A stretch of DNA of 64,000 bases, taken from assembly GCA_963727835.1 (NCBI GenBank), contig CAVSIB010000059.1, positions 7,102-71,101 of the forward strand, in the 5' to 3' direction. This document shows positions 49,289-59,695 of this stretch, one piece after another. Source of the DNA: an uncultured delta proteobacterium. GTDB taxonomy: Bacteria; Desulfobacterota; WTBG01; JAGOGO01. The position numbers and the translations under genes were made by a program. Position 1 is the first letter of the stretch; the number at the start of each line of letters is the position of its first letter. The notes under the pieces were generated by a model. That model did not search any database, had not been told where the DNA came from, and saw nothing but the letters and a program-made list of their open reading frames with translations.

Positions 49289-50668
49289 TTATTGATAAAA
49301 AATCTTTCCAGGATTCAGAATGTCATTCGGGTCAAAGACCCGTTTAATCTTTTTCATCAATTCGATTTGCGAGTCGTTAAGCTCCATCGTTAAGAAAGGA
49401 GCTTTGGTAATGCCGATACCGTGTTCACCGGAAATAGTGCCCCCCAGATTGAGCACTTCCTGAAAAATTTCTTTAATCGCGTGCTCTGCCTTTTCCCGCT
49501 CCCCAGTAATTTTCTCATCAAACATCACGTTAATGTGGAGGTTCCCATCGCCCGCATGACCAAAACTAATAATCGTAAGCTGATGGTTATTTTTTATTCC
49601 TTCCATGCGGTGAATCAGTTCGGGAATTTTGCTTCGGGGAACAACAACATCTTCATTTATCTTAGTAAGGTTGAGAAGGAGCAAGGAAGGAGAAATCGCG
49701 CGTCTCACCTCCCAAAGGTTAGAAGCGTCCTTGGGGTTGATTGCCCGCTCGACCCGAAAGGAACCTTGTTCCAAACAAATCTTTTCTACTTTTCCAGCCG
49801 CGTTTTCCACGGCCGCGGGATCACCATCAAGCTCAATCAGAAGTAATGCCTCAGTCTCTTCGGGAAAACCAAGATTCTGATAGGTATTCACGCATTCAAT
49901 CGACCCGCGGTCCATAAATTCCAGTTTCGCGGGAACAACTTTATTACGGATGATACTCGATACCGCATGAGCCGAATCATCGATTTTTTTGAAAAAAACC
50001 ATCAGCGTAATGCTTGTTTCTGGTTTGGGAATAAGGCGGAGATAAATTTTGGTTACGATCGCTAAGGTGCCCTCAGAGCCAATGACCAGCTGGGTGAGAT
50101 CATACCCGACCACTCCTTTCATCGTCTGAACGCCCGTGGTGATGATCTCTCCGGTGGGAAGAACGATCTCCAAACCAGTAACATAATCACGGGTAACCCC
50201 ATATTTCAAAGCACTCGGTCCGCCAGCGCATTCCGCGACATTTCCCCCTAAGGTGGAAAAAGCCAGACTGGCGGGATCAGGCGGATAATAAAGCCCGTAT
50301 TTCTCCACTTCCTTCTGGAATTCACCGCACACCACTCCGGGTTCAACGAGAGCAGTTAAATTATCAGTATCAATCTCGATAATCCGGTTTAAACGGCTGG
50401 TGACTAAAACAACTCCACCCAAAACCGCTAAAGAACCACCGGTAAAACCGCTCCCTGCTCCCCGGGGGATAACCGGGAACTGCCCCTGATTGGCCAGTAT
50501 GAGGACAGCAGCGACCTCTTCGGCACTTCCGGGAAATACTACTGCCTCCGGTAAAAATTTCTGATTAACCGCGTCATAGGAATAGCAGGTGAGGTCCTCC
50601 GTGCTGGTTAAAATATTTTCTTCACCAACAATCTTCGTGAGCTTTTGAATGAATTTTTTCTTTAGCAT
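49289..50668 (-). CDS. FAD-linked oxidase (GlcD / D-lactate dehydrogenase family)
   Basis: 459 aa. FAD-binding PCMH domain (VIPRGAGSGFTGG) and the C-terminal FAD-oxidase domain (ISGEHGIG, DPNDILNPGK). Confidence 0.9.
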   Translation of the reverse strand: MLKKKFIQKLTKIVGEENILTSTEDLTCYSYDAVNQKFLPEAVVFPGSAEEVAAVLILANQGQFPVIPRGAGSGFTGGSLAVLGGVVLVTSRLNRIIEIDTDNLTALVEPGVVCGEFQKEVEKYGLYYPPDPASLAFSTLGGNVAECAGGPSALKYGVTRDYVTGLEIVLPTGEIITTGVQTMKGVVGYDLTQLVIGSEGTLAIVTKIYLRLIPKPETSITLMVFFKKIDDSAHAVSSIIRNKVVPAKLEFMDRGSIECVNTYQNLGFPEETEALLLIELDGDPAAVENAAGKVEKICLEQGSFRVERAINPKDASNLWEVRRAISPSLLLLNLTKINEDVVVPRSKIPELIHRMEGIKNNHQLTIISFGHAGDGNLHINVMFDEKITGEREKAEHAIKEIFQEVLNLGGTISGEHGIGITKAPFLTMELNDSQIELMKKIKRVFDPNDILNPGKIFYQ

Positions 50669-50715
50669 AAGGTGTGCCCATAGTTTGTTGTTTATGGTCC
50701 GTCGTCTGTGTCACA

Positions 50716-51535
50716 CTAGTCCTTAAATTGCCGATCAACAAAATCACATCCTTGGGAAAAAGCTTCCTCCCAATGTCCAACCGCTAAATTAACTATACCA
50801 TAATCAAGTGAGAGAATTGTATTAAATAAAAATTTAGGAGGAACCAATCGTGCGGCCTCCATCATATCTTCATGCAGGGGATTACCCTGAAGAACACCAG
50901 TGCGCGCCCAAGGGTGCCTTCCTCCCCGTTCGGGGTCAAGCACTAAAAGATGCGTCGCAACAAAGGATTCGACTGAGGCAACTCCAGGGAGTATGCTTTT
51001 TCTTCCGCCTCCAAATCCGGCAAGGTAATGATATCCGATCGTTCCGGTAAGACTAACCTTATCCGCTTCCGCCACCCGGCGGTTTATAATCACTTTTTGT
51101 GGTCTTCCCTGAAAAGACTAACTGATGGTGATTCTTGGCATCGTGATTTTCAAGACGAACCCGTTGAGCCACCTCCTCACCAACCACCTGATTTTGTTCT
51201 TCGAAACTCATCGGACGATGAATCCCCAGAGAAAAAACAATCGCAATATTATTATCGGTGATTCCATTTTGATTCATTCTATTGATCAGGTGAGGAAGAA
51301 AAAGGTGGGATCCGGAATAACGGGTAATATCAGACACGATGATGACCACCTTATCCCCTTTTTGGGCAAAAGTACCGAAAGAATACTGATCCCGTGGCTT
51401 ATCCAAAGCGATTGTGCTTGCCTGAGGCACATCGGGTATCGGGCTCATTTTCTGCGGCATTATCACGGAAGCAAGTTTTTTGGGGAAACAAGAAACCTCG
51501 ATCTTTTTCTGATGATAGGGGAGAGAAAAGTTCAT
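50716..51535 (-). pseudogene. larA: Lactate racemase LarA (nickel-pincer enzyme), frameshifted and 3'-truncated
   Basis: ORF 51059..51535 has the LarA N-terminal domain (VVIIVSDITRYSG, GIHRPMSFEEQ, ENHDAKN) and breaks at GKTTK. ORF 50716..51093 continues VIINRRVAEADKVSLTGTIGYHYLAGFGGGRKSILPGVA. The shift is in an A5 run (plus-strand T5, 51094-51098). Together they encode about 280 aa versus about 420 for LarA, and only 47 nt separate the end from glcD. Confidence 0.8.
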
Positions 51536-52647
51536 TTACCCAAAGCTCCGCCCACAAATCTCGTTAACCGCTCAACCAAAAGCCGGGCAATAAAAAATAT
51601 TCCCCGCTCTTTGGCGATTTTCACATGCATATCAATAATGGTTTCAGGAATCTGGGGAGGTTTGGATTTTGCCTTCAGCGTGATTGTTTCAACCGGACAG
51701 GTGGTTACGCAAAGGCCACATCCTATACAACGATCTCGGTTTATCTCATAATACTCAGTGCCGGCAATGATGGCTTCCATCTGACACCGCGCCACGCACG
51801 CACCGCATAAATTACAGAGATCTGGCGCAATCTGAGCGTGAAAAGAGGACTGAATGTGCTCTGCGGGTTTGGGAAATTTTTTAAGGAGGCGGAGCATGCC
51901 GCAGCAACACCCACAGCACATACAGATATTCAGAATGTCTTTGGCATTGGTGGGTGAAAGCACCAGCGCTTTTTCTTCTCCCAATTTTAAGATAGTCAAG
52001 AGTTCCTCTTCGCTAATCTTTCTTCCCATTTTGTTTTCAAGATAATACTGCGCCGCATCATCAAACACCAGACATCGCTCTGCTGGCCGGTCACAGGAAT
52101 ATCCTATGAGTAATTGTTCCTTCTGGCAAATACACGGGGCTACGGCAATAAGTTTCTTATCTTTAACCAGGGCGCGGACCTGGTCATACGTGGAAACCAG
52201 GGGAGTCGCAAAAAGAGAAGTTCCAATCGGAATTACCCGAAGCTGCTTGGTTTTCGTGGATTCCCAGAATTTCGCTATCGCGGGAAGGTACTCCTCCATT
52301 AATTCCGCCAGCTCGCGGTCAAGAGTATTTAAATGAAATTCGTAAATCCCCACCACAAACTGAAGCACCATATAAAAAGGCTGGCCTTTCACGCGTGTCC
52401 GGTAAATCAAACCTTCTTTGGCCATCGCCTCAAGCTTTTCTGCGGCTTGGGCGTGGTTCATTTTTAATCGTGGTGCAATGGCCGACACTGGTTCCGGCTC
52501 CGATCTTAACTGCAAAGCGGTTGTGGCTTGTTCAGGGGTAAAAAGTTTTTTCAGGATTTTGATTTCTACTCCACTTTCGGTGGCTGGAAACCCTGCCGGG
52601 AGCTTGTCCAAAAAATCTCTTAACTTAAGATAAATATCTTTAGGCAT
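51532..52647 (-). CDS. 4Fe-4S dicluster protein with N-terminal winged-helix-like region and a Cys-rich CMCCGCCCG segment
   Basis: 371 aa. CNLCGACVARCQ and CIGCGLCVTTCP ferredoxin motifs, plus an upstream CICQKE...ICMCCGCCCG cluster. The stop overlaps the larA start. Confidence 0.65.
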   Translation of the reverse strand: MPKDIYLKLRDFLDKLPAGFPATESGVEIKILKKLFTPEQATTALQLRSEPEPVSAIAPRLKMNHAQAAEKLEAMAKEGLIYRTRVKGQPFYMVLQFVVGIYEFHLNTLDRELAELMEEYLPAIAKFWESTKTKQLRVIPIGTSLFATPLVSTYDQVRALVKDKKLIAVAPCICQKEQLLIGYSCDRPAERCLVFDDAAQYYLENKMGRKISEEELLTILKLGEEKALVLSPTNAKDILNICMCCGCCCGMLRLLKKFPKPAEHIQSSFHAQIAPDLCNLCGACVARCQMEAIIAGTEYYEINRDRCIGCGLCVTTCPVETITLKAKSKPPQIPETIIDMHVKIAKERGIFFIARLLVERLTRFVGGALGK

Positions 52648-52724
52648 AACAACCCCGGATAAAAAAGATGGGCAAACTATTTGGAATTATTTAGAAACCA
52701 TCTTATTGCAGGATGTTTGTGATT

Positions 52725-52746
52725 ATGGTATAGAAACATATACCAT
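52725..52746. promoter_or_regulatory. Perfect 8-6-8 palindrome in a divergent promoter region (candidate operator)
   Basis: ATGGTATA-gaaaca-TATACCAT, 78 nt upstream of the 4Fe-4S gene start (52647) and 48 nt upstream of sixA (52794). Confidence 0.45.
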
Positions 52747-52793
52747 ATTAGTAAGTAATTGCAAAAAAATTAGCGCATTGTGGGGGGGTAGCC

Positions 52794-53252
52794 ATGAAAG
52801 TTTACCTTGTTCAGCATGGCCAATCTGTTTCTGAAGACGTTGACCCGGCTCGTCCTTTGAGCGAAAAAGGACAAAAGGATATGGAAAAAGTGGCCCAGTT
52901 CCTTAAGGATGTTAACCTAAAAATCAGCGTTATCCTTCAAAGCGGGAAAACGAGGGCAACTCAAAGTGCGGAAATTCTGAATCCTAAAGTTACGTCCTTA
53001 GGAGGGATCATGGAAAAAGAAGGACTTGCCCCCGACGATCCGGTTAACCCTTGGGCGGAGGAACTGAATAAGTCCCCTGATGACGTAATGATCGTGGGGC
53101 ATCTTCCTTTTCTTTCCAAACTGGCGAGCCGGCTTCTCGGAAGGGAAGAAGAATTGATAAGTTTTCAGCAAGGAGGGATTGTTTGCCTCGAAAAGATGAA
53201 ACACCTTCAATGGCGAATCAGATGGATGGTGGTTCCCGAGCTTCTCAGTTAA
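52794..53252 (+). CDS. sixA: Phosphohistidine phosphatase SixA
   Basis: MKVYLVQHGQS...RPLSEKG...SGKTRATQSAEIL...VGHLP matches the short histidine-phosphatase SixA (152 aa). Confidence 0.85.
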   Translation: MKVYLVQHGQSVSEDVDPARPLSEKGQKDMEKVAQFLKDVNLKISVILQSGKTRATQSAEILNPKVTSLGGIMEKEGLAPDDPVNPWAEELNKSPDDVMIVGHLPFLSKLASRLLGREEELISFQQGGIVCLEKMKHLQWRIRWMVVPELLS

Positions 53253-53360
53253 ATGGGGCAAAATATTCCTTGACATTTCTTGCCAACTTTAACAATACTC
53301 CTAAAAAATTTTCCTCGCGTAAAAGCTGATACCTCTTGAAATTGAGAAGGAAATTACCCA

Positions 53361-55940
53361 ATGGGAAAAGATTATCATCCCCACGAAATTGAGGAGAACT
53401 GGCAGAGGCTCTGGGAAGAGAATCAGGTGTTTACGGTTACAGAATCAGCCGATAAACCCAAGTATTATCTGTTGGAAATGTTTCCTTATCCTTCCGGTCG
53501 GATTCATGTAGGCCATGTCCGCAATTATTCTATCGGAGATGTTATTGCCCGGTATAAAACGATGCGAGGCTTTAACGTGCTCCATCCCATCGGCTGGGAC
53601 GCCTTTGGCCTCCCCGCGGAAAATGCGGCGATTGAGCATAAAACCCATCCCTCCCAATGGACTTATGACAACATTGCCTACATGCGCTCCCAACTTAAGC
53701 GGATGGGAATAAGCTATGATTGGACGCGGGAATTGGCTACGTGTGATCCGGGCTACTACCGGTGGGAACAGCTTATCTTCATCAAAATGTTTGAAAAGGG
53801 TCTCGCCTATCGGAAACGTTCGTGGGTAAACTGGTGTGAGAAATGTCAGACCGTATTGGCCAATGAACAGGTTGAGGCGGGCTTGTGCTGGCGCTGTGGC
53901 AAAGAAGTCGCCCAGAAAGACTTACAACAGTGGTTTTTTAAGATCACGGCGTATGCCGAAGAACTTTTGGACTACTGCGATAAACTTCCCGGCTGGCCGG
54001 AACGGGTTTTAACCATGCAAAAAAACTGGATCGGAAGAAGTGAGGGCGCGGAGATAAGCTTTACTTTGGAAAAAGGAAAGGGCGAGATCACGGTTTTTAC
54101 CACTCGTCCGGATACCCTCTTCGGCGCGACGTTTATGAGCCTTGCCCCCGAGCATCCTCTTGCCCAAACTCTCTCTCACGGCACTCCTCAAGAGAACCCC
54201 GTTCGTCAGTTTATCGAAAAAATGAAACGGGAAGACTTAAGCAAACGGACTGCGGAAGATACAGAAAAAGAAGGAGTGTTTACAGGATCATACTGCATCA
54301 ACCCCGTGACGAATCGGAAAATGCCGATCTTTGTTGCAAACTTTGTTTTAATGGAATATGGAACCGGGGCAGTCATGGCCGTGCCTACCCACGACCAGCG
54401 AGATTTTGAGTTTGCGAAAAAATATGGGCTTCCGCTCATTATTGTCATCCAACCCTCCGAAGAAAAACTCGACCCCATTTCTCTGGAGGCCGCGTATGTG
54501 GATGATGGAATCATGGTAAATTCGGGACAGTTTGACGGGATACCGAACAGAGAAGCAGGAGTTAAAATAACCGACTATCTGGCATCGATAGGAAAGGGTA
54601 AAAAAACAGTCAGTTATCGGCTCCGGGACTGGGGCATCTCTCGTCAGCGTTACTGGGGAGCGCCCATTCCTATAATTTACTGTGATGAGTGCGGAATCGT
54701 CCCGGTTTCCGAAAAAGACTTACCCGTGGTTTTACCACTCGACGTGAAAATGCTCGAGACCGGGCAATCTCCGCTTGCGTTAAGCTCTGCCTTTGTTAAT
54801 ACTCCCTGCCCACGCTGTTCACGACCCAGCCGACGGGAGACTGATACCATGGATACGTTTGTAGAGTCATCCTGGTATTTTTTCCGCTACGCCTGTCCCA
54901 CTTACGATAATGGCCCTTTAGATAAGGATAAAGTTAACTATTGGATGCCGGTCGACCAATATATCGGCGGCATCGAGCACGCCATTCTTCACCTTCTCTA
55001 TGCCCGGTTCTATACCAAGGTTCTCCGAGACTTAGGGATAGTACGGCAGGACGAACCGTTTACCAATCTGCTAACTCAGGGTATGGTCCATAAGGAGACC
55101 ACCCGGTGTCCTCAGCATGGCTGGCTCTTTCCCAAAGAAGTTGCGGAAGGGAAATGCATCGGGTGCGGGTCAGCAGTTGAAATCGGGCGCACGGAAAAAA
55201 TGTCCAAATCCAAAAAAAATGTCGTCGATCCGGACGAACTTATCGAACAGCACGGCGCGGATACTATCCGCCTTTTCTGCCTTTTTGCCGCACCCCCAGA
55301 AAAAGATTTAGACTGGAGCGACCAGGGAGTGGAAGGAGCTTTTCGGTTTTTGGGCCGGGTCTGGCGGATAATCCAGGTACACGCGGAAACCATGAAGGAT
55401 GCTAAACCCTATCACGGGAAAGAAGACCTTCCTGAAACCTTAAGAAATCTCCGGCGGAAAACCCATCAGACTATCCGAAAAGTAACAGAAGACCTTGAAG
55501 AACGCTTCCACTTCAATACCGCGATCAGCGCAATCATGGAGCTTGTCAACACTTTGTATCAGTTTGACGTAAATTCCGTCGCGAACCCCTTTAAAAACCA
55601 AGTGTTAAGGGAAGCCATGGAAACCATTGTGCTCCTCCTCTACCCGGTGAGTCCCCATATCACTGAAGAACTTTGGCAGATTTTAGGACATACGGAAAGC
55701 ATCAGCAAAGAAGCCTGGCCCTCCTATGACCCGGAAGTTGCCAAAGAAGAGGAGATGGTGATAGTCATCCAAATTAACGGAAAACTGCGGGGTCAAATAA
55801 CCGTACCCGTCAACACTCTGGAACAAGAAATCAAAACCTTAGCTCAAAACGATGAACGAACGAAACAATGGACAGAAGGGAAAAAGATTGTTAAAATAAT
55901 TTATGTTCCCCGAAAACTGATTAATATGGTGATGCAATGA
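53361..55940 (+). CDS. leuS: Leucine--tRNA ligase
   Basis: 859 aa. HIGH motif (HVGHVRNY), KMSKS motif (KMSKSKKN), CP1 editing domain, and zinc-binding CEKC/CWRC. Confidence 0.97.
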   Translation: MGKDYHPHEIEENWQRLWEENQVFTVTESADKPKYYLLEMFPYPSGRIHVGHVRNYSIGDVIARYKTMRGFNVLHPIGWDAFGLPAENAAIEHKTHPSQWTYDNIAYMRSQLKRMGISYDWTRELATCDPGYYRWEQLIFIKMFEKGLAYRKRSWVNWCEKCQTVLANEQVEAGLCWRCGKEVAQKDLQQWFFKITAYAEELLDYCDKLPGWPERVLTMQKNWIGRSEGAEISFTLEKGKGEITVFTTRPDTLFGATFMSLAPEHPLAQTLSHGTPQENPVRQFIEKMKREDLSKRTAEDTEKEGVFTGSYCINPVTNRKMPIFVANFVLMEYGTGAVMAVPTHDQRDFEFAKKYGLPLIIVIQPSEEKLDPISLEAAYVDDGIMVNSGQFDGIPNREAGVKITDYLASIGKGKKTVSYRLRDWGISRQRYWGAPIPIIYCDECGIVPVSEKDLPVVLPLDVKMLETGQSPLALSSAFVNTPCPRCSRPSRRETDTMDTFVESSWYFFRYACPTYDNGPLDKDKVNYWMPVDQYIGGIEHAILHLLYARFYTKVLRDLGIVRQDEPFTNLLTQGMVHKETTRCPQHGWLFPKEVAEGKCIGCGSAVEIGRTEKMSKSKKNVVDPDELIEQHGADTIRLFCLFAAPPEKDLDWSDQGVEGAFRFLGRVWRIIQVHAETMKDAKPYHGKEDLPETLRNLRRKTHQTIRKVTEDLEERFHFNTAISAIMELVNTLYQFDVNSVANPFKNQVLREAMETIVLLLYPVSPHITEELWQILGHTESISKEAWPSYDPEVAKEEEMVIVIQINGKLRGQITVPVNTLEQEIKTLAQNDERTKQWTEGKKIVKIIYVPRKLINMVMQ

Positions 55941-56476
55941 GTTCATGTGATCAAAAATCGATGGTCAAGGTGCTTTTCGCTTTTATTCTTTTTTTCGTTT
56001 TCAGCAATGGTTGTGGGGGGTACCACTTTGCCTCGGATTACAACAACCTCCCGGGAGACATAACCTCGATCTCCATTCCCTTTTTCCAAAACGAAACCTA
56101 TGAGGCAAATATTGAATCTTATTTTACCCGTGCTCTGATCAACGAGTTTATCAAAAATAAAAAATTCACTATCCTTTCTCATGGAGCAGATGCCACGCTT
56201 CATGGGATTGTTAAACAGTTTCGCACTACAACGATTGCTTATTCCTCGGAAGACAAAGTCCTTGAATACCGGGCGTACATCACGCTCGATCTTACGTTAA
56301 AAAATAATCACACGAATGAAACCATTTGGAAAAAACCCTCCTTAACCTATGATGAAGAGTATAAAGTTTCAACTGAAGATAATGCCTTAACCGAAGCAAC
56401 CAAAAAAGTAGCTTTTCAGAAAATTGCCAATGAGTTGGCCGAGCAAATTTATGAGGAGCTGGTTTTGGGTTTTTAA
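55937..56476 (+). CDS. lptE: LPS-assembly lipoprotein LptE
   Basis: Lipobox FSNGC, 179 aa, [14 protein letters not shown] motif, and the conserved leuS-lptE-holA synteny. Confidence 0.8.
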   Translation: MSSCDQKSMVKVLFAFILFFVFSNGCGGYHFASDYNNLPGDITSISIPFFQNETYEANIESYFTRALINEFIKNKKFTILSHGADATLHGIVKQFRTTTIAYSSEDKVLEYRAYITLDLTLKNNHTNETIWKKPSLTYDEEYKVSTEDNALTEATKKVAFQKIANELAEQIYEELVLGF

Positions 56477-56478
56477 GC

Positions 56479-57489
56479 ATGAAACCTGCTGTTTTTTTAT
56501 CAAAGTTCAAAGAGGGTTCATTACTCCCTCTTTATTATTTTTACGGAGAAGAAGAATACCTAAAAAACAAAGCCGTTCACATTGTATTGGAGCGTTTGGG
56601 AGAAAAAATAAACCGTGGCTTGAATTTCGAGGTTTTTTCCAGTTCTTCCACCCCCATAGCAACCCTTCTTGATCACGCTCGCACTATTCCCTTTTTAGGC
56701 GGACGGAAAATCGTCCTTTTTAAAGAGGCGGAAAAGATCTCTGCTCAAGAACAGGAGCACCTTTTTTCCTACGTGGAAAGCCCAAGCAAGAAAACCACCC
56801 TTATCCTAACCAGCAGTGGTGTTAATTTTCGGGGCAACGCTTTTAAACCACTCCTTAAGTCCTTCGCAAAGTATGCGGGATACGGCTTGGTTCTCGAATT
56901 AAACCATCCCTATCAAAACGAGATCCCTGATTGGATAAAATATATGGCTCAAAATTTTGGGAAGTCTATAGGGGCTGCAGCGTTTTTTTTATTACACGAA
57001 CTGATTGGGAATAAACTTCTCGACATTTTCCATGAAATGGAAAAACTTGTTCTTTTTGTTGGCGAAAAAAAAGAAATTACTAAGGATGATGTTGAAAAAG
57101 TGATTTCACGTTTGCGAACAGAAACCGTTTTTGAATTGGTTGATCACATCGGTAATCGAAAACTGAATGAGGCATTAATCACGCTTTCACAACTCCTTAA
57201 AAGTGGAGCACAACCCGGAAATATTTTAGGTTTAATTGCCCGTCAATTCCGGATGATCCGCAAAGCACGCACTCTGGTGAAACAGGGCCTGAAGCCCGCG
57301 GAGATAACCAATGCCCTAAACATCCCAAAATTTGTGTGGGAGAAGTTATATCCTCAGTTAAATAAATTTTCTGAAAAAAAGCTGATGGATTGTTTTCAGC
57401 AAATGTGGGGGACTGATATCGCCCTCAAAACCAGGAGTACTCCCAAAAAACTCGTTTTAGAAAAACTCGTCTTGGAGTTGTGCGAATAA
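56479..57489 (+). CDS. holA: DNA polymerase III subunit delta
   Basis: 336 aa. N-terminal LPLYYFYGEEEYL, central and C-terminal delta domains. Synteny after lptE. Confidence 0.88.
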   Translation: MKPAVFLSKFKEGSLLPLYYFYGEEEYLKNKAVHIVLERLGEKINRGLNFEVFSSSSTPIATLLDHARTIPFLGGRKIVLFKEAEKISAQEQEHLFSYVESPSKKTTLILTSSGVNFRGNAFKPLLKSFAKYAGYGLVLELNHPYQNEIPDWIKYMAQNFGKSIGAAAFFLLHELIGNKLLDIFHEMEKLVLFVGEKKEITKDDVEKVISRLRTETVFELVDHIGNRKLNEALITLSQLLKSGAQPGNILGLIARQFRMIRKARTLVKQGLKPAEITNALNIPKFVWEKLYPQLNKFSEKKLMDCFQQMWGTDIALKTRSTPKKLVLEKLVLELCE

Positions 57490-57684
57490 TGTTTGCTTAT
57501 TACCGGCCGCATCGAGGGAGAGGCTAAGGCCCCTCCCAGGTTCAGATTTTGAGTTAACGATAAGCAGGGTTGGAAGAAAAAAGTCAGGGGGTAAAGTGCA
57601 GAAAAAGCTTCTCACCCCTGCCTTCTCCTCTGAGAACGCAATCGAAACAGTTGCTCTTCCCATCCAATGCCGAAGCGAAAAAGA

Positions 57685-57951
57685 TTAGGACTTTAAAGCA
57701 TTCACTTTGCGGGTCAAGCGGGAGATTTTGCGGGCAGCATTTTTTTTGTGAATAACCCCTTTGGAGGCAGCTTTATTAATAACCGGGGTAACCTGAGAAA
57801 GCACTTCCTGTGCTTTTTTCGGGTCTTTCCCCTCAATCGCGGCACTGACTGCTTTCATCGTGGTCTTGAGATTGCTTTTGACGTTCCGGTTTCTCAGCCG
57901 TTTTTCTTTACTTTGTTTGCTTCGTTTTAAAGCTGATTTATGCGTTGCCAT
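57685..57951 (-). CDS. rpsT: 30S ribosomal protein S20
   Basis: MATHKSALKRSKQSKEKRLRNRNVKS...VIHKKNAARKISRL, 88 aa. Confidence 0.96.
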   Translation of the reverse strand: MATHKSALKRSKQSKEKRLRNRNVKSNLKTTMKAVSAAIEGKDPKKAQEVLSQVTPVINKAASKGVIHKKNAARKISRLTRKVNALKS

Positions 57952-58077
57952 ACAATCCTTTCACCAATTTTAATGTTGTAATTATTTTTATTGCGGAATT
58001 TTGTTTTTTACCATCGAATTTACTGGTTTGTCAAGCAAAATTCATAAGGATTTCATTACGTAAAGGCCCTTTCTAAA

Positions 58078-59652
58078 ATGTCCGAAAACGCACACATAAC
58101 CAGAGCCTTTGGTATCGTAGGGGTAGCCACCTTTTTAAGCAGAATTCTTGGATTAGTCCGGGAAATGGCGATTGCTTTTTATTTTGGTGCCAGCATGGCA
58201 GCTGATTCCTTTTTCGTAGCTTTTCAGATCCCCAATATCCTTAGAATTCTTCTGGCTGAGGGTTCCCTCAGTATAGCATTTATCCCGGTTTTTTCTGAAA
58301 CCTTGGTCAAAAAAGGGCGTGAGGAAGCCTTAAAACTTGCTCATGCGGCTTTCACCATCCTAACGATAATTCTCATTATCATTACCGTGTTAGGTATTGC
58401 TTTTGCCTCCCCTCTTATCAGAATTATGGTGCCGGGGTTTGCAAAAATTCCAGGAAAAACCGAGCTTACGATACTCCTGACCCAGATCACTTTTCCTTTC
58501 ATTTTCCTTGTCAGTCTGGCAGCACTCTGTATGGGAATCCTTAACTCCTTGAGGCGTTTTGCAGCCCCTGCCTTAGCTCCCGTTTTTTATAACCTCGGCG
58601 TCATCCTCTCAGTGGTTCTTCTTTTCCCCTATCTTCACTTTCCGATAATGGCTTTAGCCATTGGAGTCATGGTCGGCGGGTTTCTCCAGTTGGTATTCCA
58701 AATCCCCTTCCTTGAAAAAAATGGTGTCCACCTTACCTCAAACTTTGACTTCCAAAATCCAGAACTAAAAAAAATGGGGAAAATCATGGTGCCCGCTATC
58801 TTTGGCTCGGCAATCTACCAAGTAAAAATTTTTATTAATAATTTTCTTGCTTCCTTTCTTCCCCAAGGAAGTGTTTCTTACCTAAACTATGCTTATCGTC
58901 TTCTCGAATTCCCTTTAGGGATTTTCGTCTATTCGATCAGTTCCGTGGTCCTTCCTTCCTTTTCGACTTTTGCCGCCAACAATGAAATGGAAAAATTAAA
59001 AGAAACGTTCGTTTTTGCGTTCCGTTTAGCCATGTTCATCGTTATCCCCGCCATGGTTGGCTTAGCAGTCTTGGGAGTTCCCATTGTTTCGGTTCTTTTA
59101 GAACGAGGATCTTTTACTCCAGAAGAAACGGTGCAGACCTCAATTGCCCTTTTTTATTACTCTCTGGGACTCTGGGCAATTTCCGGCTTGCGCATTACCG
59201 TTCAGGTTTTTTATTCCCTTCACGATACCAAAACACCGGTAAAAGTAGGAGCAATCAATCTTCTTACTCATGTTCTCTTCAGCGTCGTGCTTATGGGACC
59301 CCTTAAACATGGAGGTCTTGCTTTAGCCCTCTCATTAACCTCGGTTTTGCATTTTTTGCTTCTCCTGATGTATCTGCGGAAAAAAATAGGTCGTTTGGGG
59401 ATGCGAGCGGCGCTGCCTTCTTTGGCAAAAATTATTTTTGCCTCCCTGATCATGGGAGGGGTATGTTATGGCATTTGTTCTCAGATTAACTGGTTAACAC
59501 CGGGGGATTTCTATAAAAGAATCGTTTATCTGGTCGGAGCCGTCGGGAGTGGCACTCTGGTTTTCTTTGGACTTTGTTTCTTGCTCCGCTGTCCGGAACT
59601 TGAAACCTTGAAGGATGTGTTCAGGAAGAAAATAATAACTCCTTCGGATTAA
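58078..59652 (+). CDS. murJ: Lipid II flippase MurJ
   Basis: 524 aa, about 14 TM helices. N-terminal signature ATFLSRILGLVREMAIAFYFGAS..DSFFVAFQIPN. Confidence 0.93.
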   Translation: MSENAHITRAFGIVGVATFLSRILGLVREMAIAFYFGASMAADSFFVAFQIPNILRILLAEGSLSIAFIPVFSETLVKKGREEALKLAHAAFTILTIILIIITVLGIAFASPLIRIMVPGFAKIPGKTELTILLTQITFPFIFLVSLAALCMGILNSLRRFAAPALAPVFYNLGVILSVVLLFPYLHFPIMALAIGVMVGGFLQLVFQIPFLEKNGVHLTSNFDFQNPELKKMGKIMVPAIFGSAIYQVKIFINNFLASFLPQGSVSYLNYAYRLLEFPLGIFVYSISSVVLPSFSTFAANNEMEKLKETFVFAFRLAMFIVIPAMVGLAVLGVPIVSVLLERGSFTPEETVQTSIALFYYSLGLWAISGLRITVQVFYSLHDTKTPVKVGAINLLTHVLFSVVLMGPLKHGGLALALSLTSVLHFLLLLMYLRKKIGRLGMRAALPSLAKIIFASLIMGGVCYGICSQINWLTPGDFYKRIVYLVGAVGSGTLVFFGLCFLLRCPELETLKDVFRKKIITPSD

Positions 59653-59695
59653 CATTTAAATTCTAACGAGTTGTTCTTGTTTCTACTTCCTTCCA

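Noticed and set aside
57490-57684. A possible small RNA (SRP, 6S or other) in the 195-nt holA-rpsT spacer
   Set aside because: The region has nested inverted repeats: GGGAGAGGC/GCCCCTCCC at 57516-57537, CAGGGG(G)T/ACCCCTG, and GGTTGGAAGA/TCTTCC(C)ATCC. None of the conserved SRP (GGAAGCAGCC-type) or 6S features is present. The genes are convergent, so terminator hairpins are sufficient.
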